A stretch of DNA of 64,000 nt from Holophagae bacterium (GCA_003105185.1 PQAJ01000177.1:14848-78847), one strand, 5' to 3'; positions 51,192 to 62,154 are shown, counted from the first letter of the stretch. Notes: generated from the letters alone by a model not told the origin. Made by a program: numbers and translations.

Positions 51192-53696
51192 TTAGCTCGC
51201 CTTCCGTGCGCGAGTTGCGGTCGCGTTGGTCTTGCGCTTCGCGAAGGCTGCCTTGCCACGGGCGCTGCGTTCCAACAGCTTCTTGTTCGCCTCCTCGCGT
51301 TCGGGGAGCGGGCGGGCAGGTGACATCTTCCCGGGTTCGAGGCTATTGGTGGTGTAGCTGCAGTTCGGGTAGTTCCAGCACCCGTAGAAGATGCCGCGTT
51401 TCGTCTGTTTCTGGACGAGTTGGCCCGTCTCCGGCTCCTCCGGGCAGGCGACGCCGACGGGCACGCCGCCGCGGAAGTCGCACGTGCCTTTCTCGCGGTT
51501 CACGCAATCCACGTACTGGCCGTAGGGCCCGCTCTTCTGCACGAGCGCGCCGCCGTCCTTCGGGCAGCGGTAGGCGATCTCCTGCGGGGCGGCCGCGAAG
51601 ACTGGCTCTCCATCGGGGCCCATGGGGAGGGAGTTGGTGCATTCCGGGTAACGCGGGCAGGCGAAGAACTTGCCGTTGCGGCCCCACTTGATGACGAGGT
51701 TCGCCTGGTCGCAGACGTTGCAGCGAATACTCGTGACTTCCTGCTGCTTCTCGGCGGCGCCCCCAGCCTGGTCGAGTTCGCGCTTGAACTCGGGCCAGAA
51801 CTGGTTGAGCACCTCGTCGTACTCACGCTGGCCCTGCGCGACCTCGTCCAGCTCGCGCTCCATCTCGCCGGTGAAGGGCACGTCGACGTACTTCTTCATG
51901 TGCTGTTCGAGCAGGTCGTGGACGATGAAGCCGAGCTCCTGGGGGACGAGCTGGCGGCCCTGTTTCTCGACATAATCCCGTTTCAAGACTGTCTGGACGA
52001 TGGTCGCGTAGGTGCTCGGGCGGCCGATGCCCTCTTCCTCGAGCGCCTTCACCAGGGTGGCCTCGGTGTAGCGCGGGGGCGGCTCGGTCTGGTGGCGGCG
52101 GCCATCGACGCTGCGCTGTTCGAGTACGTCGCCCTCGGCGAGATCGGGCAGCGAGCCCTGGAGCCCGTCCTCCTCGTCGTCCTCCGCTGCCGGCTCGGCG
52201 GCATCCGCACCGTACACCTTCAGGTGGCCTTCGAAGGTGAGCGTGCTGGAGCTCGCGCGGAAGGTGCCGTGGGTGGTCGCGTCCTCGGTGGCTTCGATGT
52301 CGATCGTGACGGTGGCGTAGCGCGCGTCTGACATCTGGCTGGCCATGAAGCGCTGCCAGATGAGCGTATAGACGCGCAGCTGGTCGTTATTCAGGGTTCG
52401 GCGAACGCTGTCGGGGGTGGCAGAAGGATTGGTCGGGCGAATGGCCTCGTGGGCTTCCTGGGCGCCGCGTGAGCGGGTGACGTAGACGCGCTCCTTGGCC
52501 GGGATGAAGTCGCTGCCCCAGGTGTGGGCGGCGAAGTCGCGCGCCTGGAGCCGGGCACCGGGCGAGATGTTGAGCGAGTCGGTGCGCATGTAGGTGATGA
52601 GGCCAGCCTGTCCGTTGACGCCTTCGTACAGCTCCTGGGCGATGCTCATCGCGCGGGCGGCGCTCATACCGAGGCGGTTGACGGCGGCCTGCTGGAAGGT
52701 GCTCGTCGTGAACGGCGGGGCGGGCGACCGCTTCTTCTCGCCGCGGGCCACGCTGGCGACGCGGAACTGCGAGCGGCGGAGCTTCGCGACGAGTTCGTTC
52801 GCGGCCATCTCCGAGGGGATGGCAGGCCCGGCGTTCGTGAACGTGGGCTTGAGCTTCGTGCCTTTTACGGCGCCAGCGAACTTCGTCAGCTCGGCTTCGA
52901 ATGCGCGGGCCTGCTTCGCAAGGCCGGCATGCACGGTCCAGTACTCGACCGGCCGGAAGTCCCGGATCTGCTTCTCGCGGTTGACGATCAGGCCGAGGGC
53001 GACGCTTTGGACCCGGCCCGCGCTGGCGCCCCGGCTCACTTTTTTCTGCACGAACCAGGTGAGTGGGAACCCGATCAGCCGGTCGAGGACGCGGCGGGCC
53101 TGCTGGGCATCCACCAGGTCCATGTCGATCTTGCCGGGCGCCTTGCGCTGGTGGCCGTCGGCGTTGGTGGCGACCTGTTCGCCCATCGCCTCGGCGAAGG
53201 CGGCCTCAATGGCCGGTTTCGTGATCTCGTGGAAAACCACCCGGGTCGACTTCTCATCGGGGATGCCCGCGGCTTCCTTGATGTGCCAGGCGATCGCCTC
53301 TCCCTCGCGGTCGGGGTCGGTAGCGATGAAGATGCGGCTCGCGGCCTTCGCCGCGCGGGCGATATCGGCGACAACTTCGTTCTTGTCGACCCCACGGCGC
53401 TTGTCTTTGACGACCACGTACTTCGGCCTGAAGTTCAGCGACTCAATGTCCTCGACGCCGTAACCGTAAGGCGGCAGGTCTCGCACATGCCCGACCGAGG
53501 CGATCACGTCATAGTCGTCGCCGAGGATGTTCTTGACCGTCCGGGCCTTTGTTGGGGACTCGACGATGACGAGGTTGGGGGCGTGCTTGCCCCGGGTGCG
53601 CCCGTTTGCCGGGGGGGCGGGCTCAGGCTTCCTCCGCGGGGTGCGGCCGGTGGCCTTCGCGGTGCTCTTGCCCGTTGTTGCTGTTGCTGTAGTCAA
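51192..53696 (-). CDS. topA: DNA topoisomerase I
   Basis: 834 aa with a Toprim N-terminus (LVIVESPTKARTV...GHVRDLP), the active-site Tyr region (LITYMRTDS) and C-terminal zinc ribbons (CxxC...C...C repeated). Confidence 0.95.
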   Translation of the reverse strand: MTTATATTGKSTAKATGRTPRRKPEPAPPANGRTRGKHAPNLVIVESPTKARTVKNILGDDYDVIASVGHVRDLPPYGYGVEDIESLNFRPKYVVVKDKRRGVDKNEVVADIARAAKAASRIFIATDPDREGEAIAWHIKEAAGIPDEKSTRVVFHEITKPAIEAAFAEAMGEQVATNADGHQRKAPGKIDMDLVDAQQARRVLDRLIGFPLTWFVQKKVSRGASAGRVQSVALGLIVNREKQIRDFRPVEYWTVHAGLAKQARAFEAELTKFAGAVKGTKLKPTFTNAGPAIPSEMAANELVAKLRRSQFRVASVARGEKKRSPAPPFTTSTFQQAAVNRLGMSAARAMSIAQELYEGVNGQAGLITYMRTDSLNISPGARLQARDFAAHTWGSDFIPAKERVYVTRSRGAQEAHEAIRPTNPSATPDSVRRTLNNDQLRVYTLIWQRFMASQMSDARYATVTIDIEATEDATTHGTFRASSSTLTFEGHLKVYGADAAEPAAEDDEEDGLQGSLPDLAEGDVLEQRSVDGRRHQTEPPPRYTEATLVKALEEEGIGRPSTYATIVQTVLKRDYVEKQGRQLVPQELGFIVHDLLEQHMKKYVDVPFTGEMERELDEVAQGQREYDEVLNQFWPEFKRELDQAGGAAEKQQEVTSIRCNVCDQANLVIKWGRNGKFFACPRYPECTNSLPMGPDGEPVFAAAPQEIAYRCPKDGGALVQKSGPYGQYVDCVNREKGTCDFRGGVPVGVACPEEPETGQLVQKQTKRGIFYGCWNYPNCSYTTNSLEPGKMSPARPLPEREEANKKLLERSARGKAAFAKRKTNATATRARKAS

Positions 53697-53799
53697 TCGA
53701 TATCAACCTTTTTCGGCGCCCAGCGGAATGGCGCAGTACTTCGAGGTTAGTGAGCGAGTCTTCGCTCTGTCTAGGGGGTGCCCGGAAAGCCGGCCGCTC

Positions 53800-54936
53800 T
53801 CAGGCAAGGCCATAGGTCATCGGCGCGGTCTGCCGGACCGCCCCGGTGAGCTCGAATAGCTGGAGAGAACTGCTCACCTGGGCGACTGGCAAACCCGCTT
53901 CACGAGCGACCTCATCGACATGCCGTGGGCCCGCGACAAGGGCCCGCAGCACCGGGTCATCCGGCGGCGGACCAGAAACACTCCCGCGCTCCTGTAACGC
54001 CGGGGAGGGCTCGCGGGTTAACGGGAGTTGGCCCGCCGTGGTCAGCAGGTTGAGCTCCTGGCAGAGCTGTTCGGGGGTCGCCACCAGCTTCGCGGTGTTC
54101 TCGCGGATGAGCTGGTTCGTGCCCTGGCTCTGGCGGGAGAAGATGCTGCCGGGGACGGCGAAGACATCGCGGCCCTGTTCGAACGCCCAGTTCGCGGTAT
54201 GGAGCGCACCGCTGCCTTCGCCCGCCTCTATCAGCAGTGCGGCCCGGGCCAGGCCGGAAAGGATGCGGTTTCGGCGTGGGAAGTAGTCGCGGCGGGCAGG
54301 GATGCCGACGGGGTACTCGCTGACGAGGCAGCCATGCTGGAGGATGCGCTCGGCGAGGCCCACGTTTTCCCGCGGGTAGACCTGGTCGATGCCGCCGGCC
54401 AGGACCGCGACGGTGGGCGCGCCGTGTTCGAGGGCGACGCGGTGGGCTATGGCATCCACGCCTCGCGCCAGGCCGCTGACGATGGTCACGCCCGCCCTGG
54501 CGAGCGCTTCGCAGAAGTGCTCGGCCGCCTGCCGGCCGTAGGGCGTAACGTGCCGCGTGCCCACCACGGCAACAGCCTGCTCGAACTGCGGCCCTTCGGC
54601 GCCCCGGACAAAGATGACAGGCGGGCTCTGCGGGATCTCGCGGAGGTTTGCCGGGTAGTCCCGGTCGAGCCATGTGAGCGCCCGCGATTGGTGCTGTTCA
54701 AGCAGCCGGAGTTCCTTGTCGGGGTCGAAGCCCGCCCGGGCTTTCGCCATGGCGCGCACGTATTGGGGGTCGATCCCGGCGGCGGCCTGGGCTCCGGCCG
54801 GTGCTGTCCAGGCGGCTTCGATGGTGCCGAACCGGGCGAGCAGCAACGCAAAGTTCGTGCTCCCCAGGCCGGCGCGCCTGAGGGCGAGCCAATACGGCAG
54901 TTCTGGATGGTGTGTCACGGCCGGGGATTCTCTCAT
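53800..54936 (-). CDS. dprA: DNA-processing protein DprA (Smf)
   Basis: 378 aa with a Rossmann-like core (VAVVGTRHVTPYG...VSGLARGVDAIAH...GGIDQVYPREN...SEYP) and a C-terminal wHTH-like tail. Confidence 0.9.
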   Translation of the reverse strand: MRESPAVTHHPELPYWLALRRAGLGSTNFALLLARFGTIEAAWTAPAGAQAAAGIDPQYVRAMAKARAGFDPDKELRLLEQHQSRALTWLDRDYPANLREIPQSPPVIFVRGAEGPQFEQAVAVVGTRHVTPYGRQAAEHFCEALARAGVTIVSGLARGVDAIAHRVALEHGAPTVAVLAGGIDQVYPRENVGLAERILQHGCLVSEYPVGIPARRDYFPRRNRILSGLARAALLIEAGEGSGALHTANWAFEQGRDVFAVPGSIFSRQSQGTNQLIRENTAKLVATPEQLCQELNLLTTAGQLPLTREPSPALQERGSVSGPPPDDPVLRALVAGPRHVDEVAREAGLPVAQVSSSLQLFELTGAVRQTAPMTYGLA

Positions 54937-54945
54937 GTCCGCTCG

Positions 54946-56214
54946 CTATTGTGGGATTGCCCCCTCGGGCACGGCGCCGCGATCGCGGGCAACGCGCAGG
55001 CGGCGCACTCGCCGGCCCGCCATGCTCAGCACCCGCAGCGTGAGGCCATCGGCTTCGACCTCATCGCCCACGGCGGGCAGGCGGCCGAGCTGGTGAATGA
55101 GGAAGCCACCGACCGTGTCGAAGTCCTCGGATTCGACCTCGTAGCCGAAGAGCTCCTTCAAGACATCGGTGCTGGCGCCCGCATCGAGGACGACCTCATC
55201 CTGGGAGATTATCTCCATCGGTGGCCGGGCGACGTCGTATTCGTCCTCGATTTCGCCCACGATCTCCTCGAGGAGGTCTTCGATCGTGACGAGGCCGGCG
55301 GTCCCACCGTATTCATCGACGACGATGGCCATGTGCACGCGGCGCGCCTGCATCTCCGTCAGGAGCTCGTCGAGGCGTTTGGACTCGGGGATGAAGAATG
55401 CGTCCCGCAGGAGGTCCGAGAGTGGGCGGTCCTTCCCGCCGTTTCCGATCGCGCGCAAGAGATCCTTTGCATAGACGATGCCGGCGATATCGTCGATGTT
55501 CTCGCGGTAGACGGGCACGCGGCTGAAGCCGCGCTCGGTGACGATTGCGGCGATATCGCCGACCGAGTCCTCGATGTCGGCCACGGCCATGTCGATCCGC
55601 GGGACCATGATTTCGCGGGCGGTCTTGTCCTCCAGGGCGATGATGCCGCGGATCATGCGGCGCTCTTGCTCCTCCACGCCGCCGGCGGCTTCTTCTCGTT
55701 CGACGAGCGAGAGAATGTCGGTGCCGGCATCCGGAGTCACGGCGCTGATGGAGCGGGCGACCAGCGCGGAAGGCAGCCCCAGGATGAACGCCGGTATGGC
55801 GAAGACGATGCGGGTGACGTGAGCGACCCCGGAGAGGCGCAGGGCGGCATACTCGGGCGCCCGGGCGACCACCATCCCCACGGTGAGCTGGATGACCGCG
55901 ATGAGGGTGCCGCCGAGCATGCCAAAGCCAACCGCGCCGATGAACGGCGAGTACTCGCGGGCGCCAAGGTAGGCGAAGAGCGAAAGGATGAGCGTAGCGC
56001 TCAACACGCGTGCGGCGGTGATCGCACCGAGGAAGCGCCCCGGCTGGCCCACGCTGGGCGCGATGCGTTGCGCCTGGCGGTTGCCCCGGGCGGCGAGTGC
56101 CTGGATGCGGATGTCGTTCGCCCGTTCGAGGGCGGCCTCGGTCGCGGCCACCGCGCCCAATACCAGGACCAGCACCACGATGACGGCGATGGTAGCGATC
56201 GTCTCTAAGCCCAC
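54946..56214 (-). CDS. CNNM/CorC-HlyC family transporter (DUF21-CBS pair-CorC_HlyC)
   Basis: GTG at 56214 ([17 protein letters not shown]...), four TM helices, a CBS pair ([10 protein letters not shown]...GFSRVPVY...[28 protein letters not shown]) and a C-terminal transporter-associated domain. Confidence 0.85.
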   Translation of the reverse strand: MGLETIATIAVIVVLVLVLGAVAATEAALERANDIRIQALAARGNRQAQRIAPSVGQPGRFLGAITAARVLSATLILSLFAYLGAREYSPFIGAVGFGMLGGTLIAVIQLTVGMVVARAPEYAALRLSGVAHVTRIVFAIPAFILGLPSALVARSISAVTPDAGTDILSLVEREEAAGGVEEQERRMIRGIIALEDKTAREIMVPRIDMAVADIEDSVGDIAAIVTERGFSRVPVYRENIDDIAGIVYAKDLLRAIGNGGKDRPLSDLLRDAFFIPESKRLDELLTEMQARRVHMAIVVDEYGGTAGLVTIEDLLEEIVGEIEDEYDVARPPMEIISQDEVVLDAGASTDVLKELFGYEVESEDFDTVGGFLIHQLGRLPAVGDEVEADGLTLRVLSMAGRRVRRLRVARDRGAVPEGAIPQ

Positions 56215-56281
56215 GGCAGGCTCCCATGGCCGCGTGCGCAAGCACCCGGCATCGGTACGGTGGTACTGGCAGGTTGATTGA

Positions 56282-57646
56282 TCACTCGGCCCGCTCCTTG
56301 CGTTCGAACGGCCGTGCCGGGACCCCTGCAACGGTCTGGCCGGGGCCGACATCCCGGGTCACGACGGCGCCACTCGCCGTGTAGGCGCCGTCACCAACGG
56401 TGACGGGCGCAATGAGCAGGGTGTCGCAGCCGATGAACGCGTCCTCGCCGATGGTGGTGCGATGCTTTCGTACCCCATCGAAATTGCTGGTGATCGAACC
56501 GGCCGCGATGTTGGCCCGCGCGCCGATGTCGGCATCCCCCATGTAGCTGAAGTGGTGCATCTTCACGCCGTTTCCGAGGACGGAGTTCTTCACCTCTGCG
56601 TAGTTCCCGATTTCGCAGTCGTCGCCGGCAGTGGTGTTTCCGCGGACGTGGGCGAACGGCCCAACGTTGCAGCGCGCCCCGATCCGCGAATCCTCCACGA
56701 CCGATGACTGCACGCGGGTAGCGGGACCGATGACCGCGTTGCGGAGCGTGGAGGCAGGACCGATGACCCCGCCCGTCTCGACGGTGGTCGCGCCCTGGAG
56801 GTGGCTGCCGGGGAGGACAGTGACGTCCTGGGCGAGCTTCACGCCGGCGTCGATGTAGGTTGCCGCCGGGTCGGAGATGGTCACGCCCGCGAGCATGTGG
56901 CGTTCGAGGATGCGGGCGCGCATCAGTGCCTCGGCCTCGGCCAGCTTGACCCGGTCGTCGACGCCAAGGGCTTCGGTTGCTGCCGCGGTGACCGTCGCCG
57001 CCGGCCGCAGTGCAGCGGCAGCGCCGGCGAGGCTGGTCAGGTAGTACTCGCCTTTCGGGCTGACTGGCACCTGGGGGAGTGTCCGCCAGAGCCAGTCGGC
57101 GTCGAAGACGTATTGACCGGCGTTGATTTCCCCGGGGCCATCCGGCCCCTCGTAGTCCGCAGCTTCGACGATGGCTTTCACCGAGCCCAAAGCATCGCGC
57201 ACTACCCGGCCGAGGCGTCCGGGGTCATCCACCTTGCAGGAGACGAAGGCCATCGCGCCGGAACTTGCGAGGGCATCGTTGAGGCCTAGAAGCAGGAGCG
57301 GGGTGATGAGCGGGCAATCACCATTCAGGACCATCACGCGGTCGCAGCCGGCGAGGGCGCTCTCGCAGCGCCGGACGGCGTCCGCGGTCCCCAGCAGCTC
57401 GGTCTGGTCGACGAAGACCAGGTCGGGCGCCGCGAGCTGGTCGCGGACGAAGTCGCCCTGGTGGCCGACGACCACCGCGATTCGGGCCGGGCCGAGTTCC
57501 CGCGCGGCCGCGATCACGTGGGCGCCCATGGGCATCCCGCAGACTGGATGGAGCACCTTGGGCAGCGCCGAGTTCATCCGGGTGCCCATCCCGGCGGCAA
57601 GCACAACGACGCCGAGGCGGCTCACGGGGCTGCTCCACCGGGGCAC
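56282..57646 (-). CDS. glmU: bifunctional UDP-N-acetylglucosamine pyrophosphorylase / glucosamine-1-phosphate N-acetyltransferase
   Basis: It has LAAGMGTRMNSALPKVLHP and a left-handed beta-helix hexapeptide C-terminus. Start at 57646 or GTG 57625. Confidence 0.92.
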   Translation of the reverse strand: MPRWSSPVSRLGVVVLAAGMGTRMNSALPKVLHPVCGMPMGAHVIAAARELGPARIAVVVGHQGDFVRDQLAAPDLVFVDQTELLGTADAVRRCESALAGCDRVMVLNGDCPLITPLLLLGLNDALASSGAMAFVSCKVDDPGRLGRVVRDALGSVKAIVEAADYEGPDGPGEINAGQYVFDADWLWRTLPQVPVSPKGEYYLTSLAGAAAALRPAATVTAAATEALGVDDRVKLAEAEALMRARILERHMLAGVTISDPAATYIDAGVKLAQDVTVLPGSHLQGATTVETGGVIGPASTLRNAVIGPATRVQSSVVEDSRIGARCNVGPFAHVRGNTTAGDDCEIGNYAEVKNSVLGNGVKMHHFSYMGDADIGARANIAAGSITSNFDGVRKHRTTIGEDAFIGCDTLLIAPVTVGDGAYTASGAVVTRDVGPGQTVAGVPARPFERKERAE

Positions 57647-57846
57647 AGCAAGAGACGCTGGGGTGGGAGGCCGGGACGGGTACTGGGAGGCTCAGATTCG
57701 GTGCGCATAAGGGACGTAACACAGACGTCCACGGGCATCGTAGGAAGTGGTGAAAAAGGCTGTCAAGCAATTTCCCCGTACAGACTCGGCCCGGGCGTCA
57801 TCCCTCGACACGTTGCGGGGGCGCCACATAGGATTCGACGACGACC

Positions 57847-60543
57847 ATGTCAAACCCACCCCGCACGTCTGACGAGATACGAGAGGCCTTCGTTTCCTTC
57901 TTCAAGGAGCGGGGCCACGCCCATCTGCCGCCGTGGCCGCTGGTGCCAATCGGCGACCCGACTTCGATGTTCACCAGTGCCGGAATGCAGCAATTCAAGC
58001 CCATATTCATGGGCGAGCAGGCCCCGCCCGGCCCGCGCGCCGTAACGGTGCAGCGCTGCTTTCGCACTACCGACATCGAAGAAGTCGGCGACATGAGCCA
58101 CTGCACCGCGTTCGAGATGCTGGGCAACTTCAGCTTTGGCGACTACTTCAAGCGCGAAGCGGTGCAGTTCGCGTGGGAGCTCATGACGAAGGTGTACGGA
58201 ATCGACGGCTCGCGGCTGCACGCCACGATCTTTCTCGACGACGACGATTCCTACGGCTTCTGGCGCGAAGTAGGGTTGCCCGACCATCACATCCACCGGC
58301 GCGATGAGGATCTGAACTACTGGTTCAGCTTCTCCAGGGATACGCCCGGCGCGAGCGGCCCCTGCGGGCCGGACAGCGAGATCTACTTCGACCTTCACCC
58401 CGAGGAGGGCGTTGAAGGTGCGCAGTTGCACACCGGCCCTGACGGCAAGCCGGCCGGCGTCGGCTACAGCGACCGATTCCTGGAGATCTGGAACCTGGTG
58501 TTCATGCAGCTGTACCAGCACCCCAACGGTACACGCACGAACCTCCCGGCCCAAAACATCGACACCGGGAGTGGCCTGGAGCGCGTTGCGATGGTGCTCC
58601 AGGGTGTCGGCTCGGTCTTCGAGACCGACATTTTTCTCCCGATCCTCGCCGAGGCCGCGGCGGTGGTCGGCGTCGACTATCTGGGCGGCGGCGCCACCGA
58701 AGAGCAGGCCTACGCCATCCGGGCGATGTCGGAGCATTGCCGCGCGGCCACGCTGCTCGTCGGCGACGGGGTGGTGCCGAGTAACGAGGGACGCGGGTAT
58801 GTGCTGCGCCGCGTTGTCCGGCGGGCCATCTACTTCGCCCGCAAGGTCGGGGTTCGCGAGCCGTTCACGGCGCGGTTGGCCGAGGCGGCGATCGGCAAGA
58901 TGGGTGGCGCCTACCCCCACCTGGCCGAAAACGGTGACTTCATCAAGCGCGCCCTTTCCGCGGAAGAGGAGCGTTTCACGCGGACGCTGGCGGCGGGCTC
59001 GCTGCGGCTCGAAGCGCTCCTCGAACGGCTGGGCGCCGGTGGCGCGGAGGCCGTGCCCGGCGAGGAAGCGTTCAGCCTCTACGACACTTACGGCATGCCG
59101 CTCGAACTCACGCGGGAGATCGCCGCGGTCGAAGGATTCGGGCTCGACGACCGTGGATTCGAGGCCGCCCTCGACGCGCAGCGGGCGCGCGCTCGCCAGC
59201 AAGGCAAGTTCCTCAAGGGCGAGGTTTCGCCTGTGCTGCAGTCGCTGGGAGAGGACCACAGCGACTTCGTGGGGTACTCGCATATCGAGGCCGATGCGGC
59301 GGTGGTGGCCATCCTCAAAGGCGGCGCACTGTCCGACATCGCCACAGGGGGCGAGGCGTGTGAGCTGATCCTGACCACCACACCCTTTTACCCGGAAGGC
59401 GGTGGCCAGGTGGGCGACCACGGGAACATTCGCACGCCTTCGGGCGTCTTCATTGTTGAAGACACGCAGGCAGCAGGGGGCGCAATCGTCCACCGCGGCC
59501 GCGTTGCCGAGGGGGCCATCCGGGTGGCTGAAAGCGCCGATGCAACGGTAGACCTGCAGTGGCGGTCCGGCTCAGCCCGGAACCACACCGGCACGCATCT
59601 CCTGCATGCCGCCCTCCGTTCCATCCTCGGCGGCCACGTCCGCCAGCAGGGCTCCCTGGTGACGCCCGAGCGCCTCCGGTTCGACTTCACCCACCTCGAG
59701 CAGGCGCCGCGTTCGGCCCTCGTGGAGGTGCAGCAGCTTGCGAACGAGAAGATCCGTCACAACCTTGAAGTCGAGTGGCGCACCACTGGCTACCGCCAGG
59801 CCGTCGAATCGGGTGCACTCGCGTTCTTCGGCGACAAGTACGGAGCCGAAGTCCGCGTGGTGGAGATCAGGGACGACGGCGACATGTTCAGCGCCGAGCT
59901 ATGTGGCGGCACCCACGTCCACCACACCGGGGAAATCGGATTCGTCCACATCATTCGCGAATCGGCGGTAGCGGCTGGCACACGGCGCCTCGAAGCCGTC
60001 TCGGGGCGCGCAGCCGAGGCCTACCTGCTCGAACAGCAGGAGCGCATCCTTCGCCTGGCCGAGCGGCTTGGCACCGGCCCGAGCGAAATCGAGGAACGGC
60101 TGGACGCCATGCAGGCCGAACTCGAACGGCTCCGCCGCCAGAGCGATCAGCTCCAGCGGCTCCAGGGCGCGGCAGTCGCCGAGGGCCTCACCGAAGGCGC
60201 CCAGAAGGTGGGTGACGCGTTTCTCGTCGCTGCACGGGTCGATGCCGCCAATGCCGACGTGCTCCGCGACATCGCCGACAAGGTACGCGAGAAACTGAAG
60301 CCCGCGCTCATCATCCTGGCCGCCAACATCGAGGGGCGGCCGGCGTTCCTCGCGGCGGCCACGCCCGAGCTTGTCGAGCGTGGCATCCATGCCGGCAACC
60401 TGATCCGCGAAGTGGCGAAAGTGGCTGGCGGCGGCGGCGGCGGCCGCCCCGACCTTGCCCAGGCCGGAGCGAAGGATGCCTCGAAAATCGACGCGGCACT
60501 GGGCGAGGGGCGGCGCCTGGGCCTCGCCGCGCTGACGGGATAG
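57847..60543 (+). CDS. alaS: alanyl-tRNA synthetase
   Basis: 898 aa with the class II core (FTSAGMQQFKP, RCFRTTDIEEVGD, FEMLGNFSFGDYFK), an editing domain (HTGTHLLH...CGGTH) and a C-terminal DHHA1-like domain. Confidence 0.96.
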   Translation: MSNPPRTSDEIREAFVSFFKERGHAHLPPWPLVPIGDPTSMFTSAGMQQFKPIFMGEQAPPGPRAVTVQRCFRTTDIEEVGDMSHCTAFEMLGNFSFGDYFKREAVQFAWELMTKVYGIDGSRLHATIFLDDDDSYGFWREVGLPDHHIHRRDEDLNYWFSFSRDTPGASGPCGPDSEIYFDLHPEEGVEGAQLHTGPDGKPAGVGYSDRFLEIWNLVFMQLYQHPNGTRTNLPAQNIDTGSGLERVAMVLQGVGSVFETDIFLPILAEAAAVVGVDYLGGGATEEQAYAIRAMSEHCRAATLLVGDGVVPSNEGRGYVLRRVVRRAIYFARKVGVREPFTARLAEAAIGKMGGAYPHLAENGDFIKRALSAEEERFTRTLAAGSLRLEALLERLGAGGAEAVPGEEAFSLYDTYGMPLELTREIAAVEGFGLDDRGFEAALDAQRARARQQGKFLKGEVSPVLQSLGEDHSDFVGYSHIEADAAVVAILKGGALSDIATGGEACELILTTTPFYPEGGGQVGDHGNIRTPSGVFIVEDTQAAGGAIVHRGRVAEGAIRVAESADATVDLQWRSGSARNHTGTHLLHAALRSILGGHVRQQGSLVTPERLRFDFTHLEQAPRSALVEVQQLANEKIRHNLEVEWRTTGYRQAVESGALAFFGDKYGAEVRVVEIRDDGDMFSAELCGGTHVHHTGEIGFVHIIRESAVAAGTRRLEAVSGRAAEAYLLEQQERILRLAERLGTGPSEIEERLDAMQAELERLRRQSDQLQRLQGAAVAEGLTEGAQKVGDAFLVAARVDAANADVLRDIADKVREKLKPALIILAANIEGRPAFLAAATPELVERGIHAGNLIREVAKVAGGGGGGRPDLAQAGAKDASKIDAALGEGRRLGLAALTG

Positions 60544-60567
60544 CGGGACGGAAAGCGAGGGGGAACT

Positions 60568-62154
60568 GTGTCGCAAGAGGACTCCGAACCGGATGGCGAG
60601 GCGAGGTACGAAGGCGACGAGCGGCCGGTGGAGAGCCTCGCCAGCGTGGTCCTCGTCGAACGCTCCGAAGACATTGCCGCGATTTGCGGCAGGGTCGACG
60701 GGGCCCCCACCTGGGCAGTTGTCATCCACGCTCCGGATGGCAATCGCCAGCTGAGCACGGAGCTCGGCATGCGCAGGCTCGTGCGGCACGGGGAAGAGGC
60801 GGGCAAGATCGTCGCGATCGCCACCCGGTCGTCGTCGCTGGCGTCGCGGGCTCGCCAGGTAGGTGTCCCGGTTTCGCGCCGGCCAGAGAGCGTGCGCTGG
60901 GACGCCGGTGGCCGCCACGTGGTCGGCGTGGGGCGGTGGAGCCTGGCTACGCCTGCGATCGGCCGGTACGTACAGCTCGTGGTCATCGCCGCCGTCGGGC
61001 TTTTCGCGCTGGGGCTGGTCCTCACCATGGCGCCTTCGGCAAGCGTGGTCGCCTATCCGCCCACTGAAACCGTCAGCAGTGTCGTCACCATCACCGCCTC
61101 GGAGGACGTCACGGAAGTCGACCTGGACACCCTGGAGGTCCCCGCCACGCGGATCTCGGGCGAGCAGGTCATCACGCTCGCCGTCGCCGCAACCGGCACG
61201 ACGGAGGTTGGCGTCCAGCCCGCCACCGTATCGGTGGTCATCAGTAACCGGACGCAGGCGGATGTAGTTGTCGCCGCCGGAACAGTGCTCCTTGCCGGGC
61301 CTTCCTATTTCCCATTCGAGCTGGATGAGACGCTCACGGTGCCGCGCGAAGGGAACATAACTGGAACCGCAACGGCCGCGAAGCCGGGAACCGGCGGCAA
61401 CCTCGGTCCAGACACGGTTGGCGGCTGGTTTGATGAGAAGTTCCGCTTCCTGGAGGTCACCAACCCGGAGGCAGCCGCTGGCGGCGTGAGTGAACCCCGC
61501 CCCGCGGTCGACCCGCAGGACGTGGTGAACCTGCAGACGCTCGCGAAGGCACTCGAGGGTTCCGAGATGATCAAGCGCGGGCTGGTGGAGGCCCGGCCCC
61601 ACGATGCGGTGTTCTTGCGGACGGCGGAGACGACGGTGGAGTACACGCTGCCCGAACCCCCGGTCGGCACCCCCACCGATATCGTGCTCCTGCGGGTGAC
61701 GGTGAAGGTGTCGGCCCTTGCGGTGCTGGCGGAGACGCTCGATCAATTAGCCCGGCGGGTGCTTCAGTCCGAAGGCGGCGCGGGCGAGTTTCTGCCGGGG
61801 ACGGTGACGGCCCTGGAGACCGGGGCGCGTCAGCTCGATGCGGACACGGGGCTAATCCGGACCGAGGTCCGGCTCCAGGGTGAGTTCGCCCGGGGTGTCA
61901 CCGCCGCCGCGGTGAAGGATGCCGTGAAGGGGAAGTCAACGGAGGACGCGCGGTCGACTCTCTCAGACCGGTATGGTATTCAGGAAGCAGAGGTGAAGTT
62001 GACGCCGGGATGGGCGCCATGGGTGCCGCGCTTCGGGTTCCGGATTGATGCCGAACTCCGGAGCCACAGTGCCGAACCCGCCGGCGATGCCTCGACAACG
62101 AATGACCCAACCACAACCGACAGCTCCACCGACCCGACGACTCCTGGCCCTTGA
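60568..62154 (+). CDS. membrane-anchored hypothetical protein (possible baseplate-J-like fold), unknown function
   Basis: 528 aa with a soluble N-terminal domain, one TM helix (YVQLVVIAAVGLFALGLVLTM), a long beta-rich region and a T/D/P-rich tail. The family guess is weak. Confidence 0.5.
   Translation: MSQEDSEPDGEARYEGDERPVESLASVVLVERSEDIAAICGRVDGAPTWAVVIHAPDGNRQLSTELGMRRLVRHGEEAGKIVAIATRSSSLASRARQVGVPVSRRPESVRWDAGGRHVVGVGRWSLATPAIGRYVQLVVIAAVGLFALGLVLTMAPSASVVAYPPTETVSSVVTITASEDVTEVDLDTLEVPATRISGEQVITLAVAATGTTEVGVQPATVSVVISNRTQADVVVAAGTVLLAGPSYFPFELDETLTVPREGNITGTATAAKPGTGGNLGPDTVGGWFDEKFRFLEVTNPEAAAGGVSEPRPAVDPQDVVNLQTLAKALEGSEMIKRGLVEARPHDAVFLRTAETTVEYTLPEPPVGTPTDIVLLRVTVKVSALAVLAETLDQLARRVLQSEGGAGEFLPGTVTALETGARQLDADTGLIRTEVRLQGEFARGVTAAAVKDAVKGKSTEDARSTLSDRYGIQEAEVKLTPGWAPWVPRFGFRIDAELRSHSAEPAGDASTTNDPTTTDSSTDPTTPGP

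Noticed and set aside
57647-57846. Possible T-box leader upstream of alaS.
   Set aside because: No T-box consensus (…GGUGGNACCGCG…), specifier-loop or AG-bulge features are recognisable. Only a short stem (GGACGT…ACGTCC) is present.
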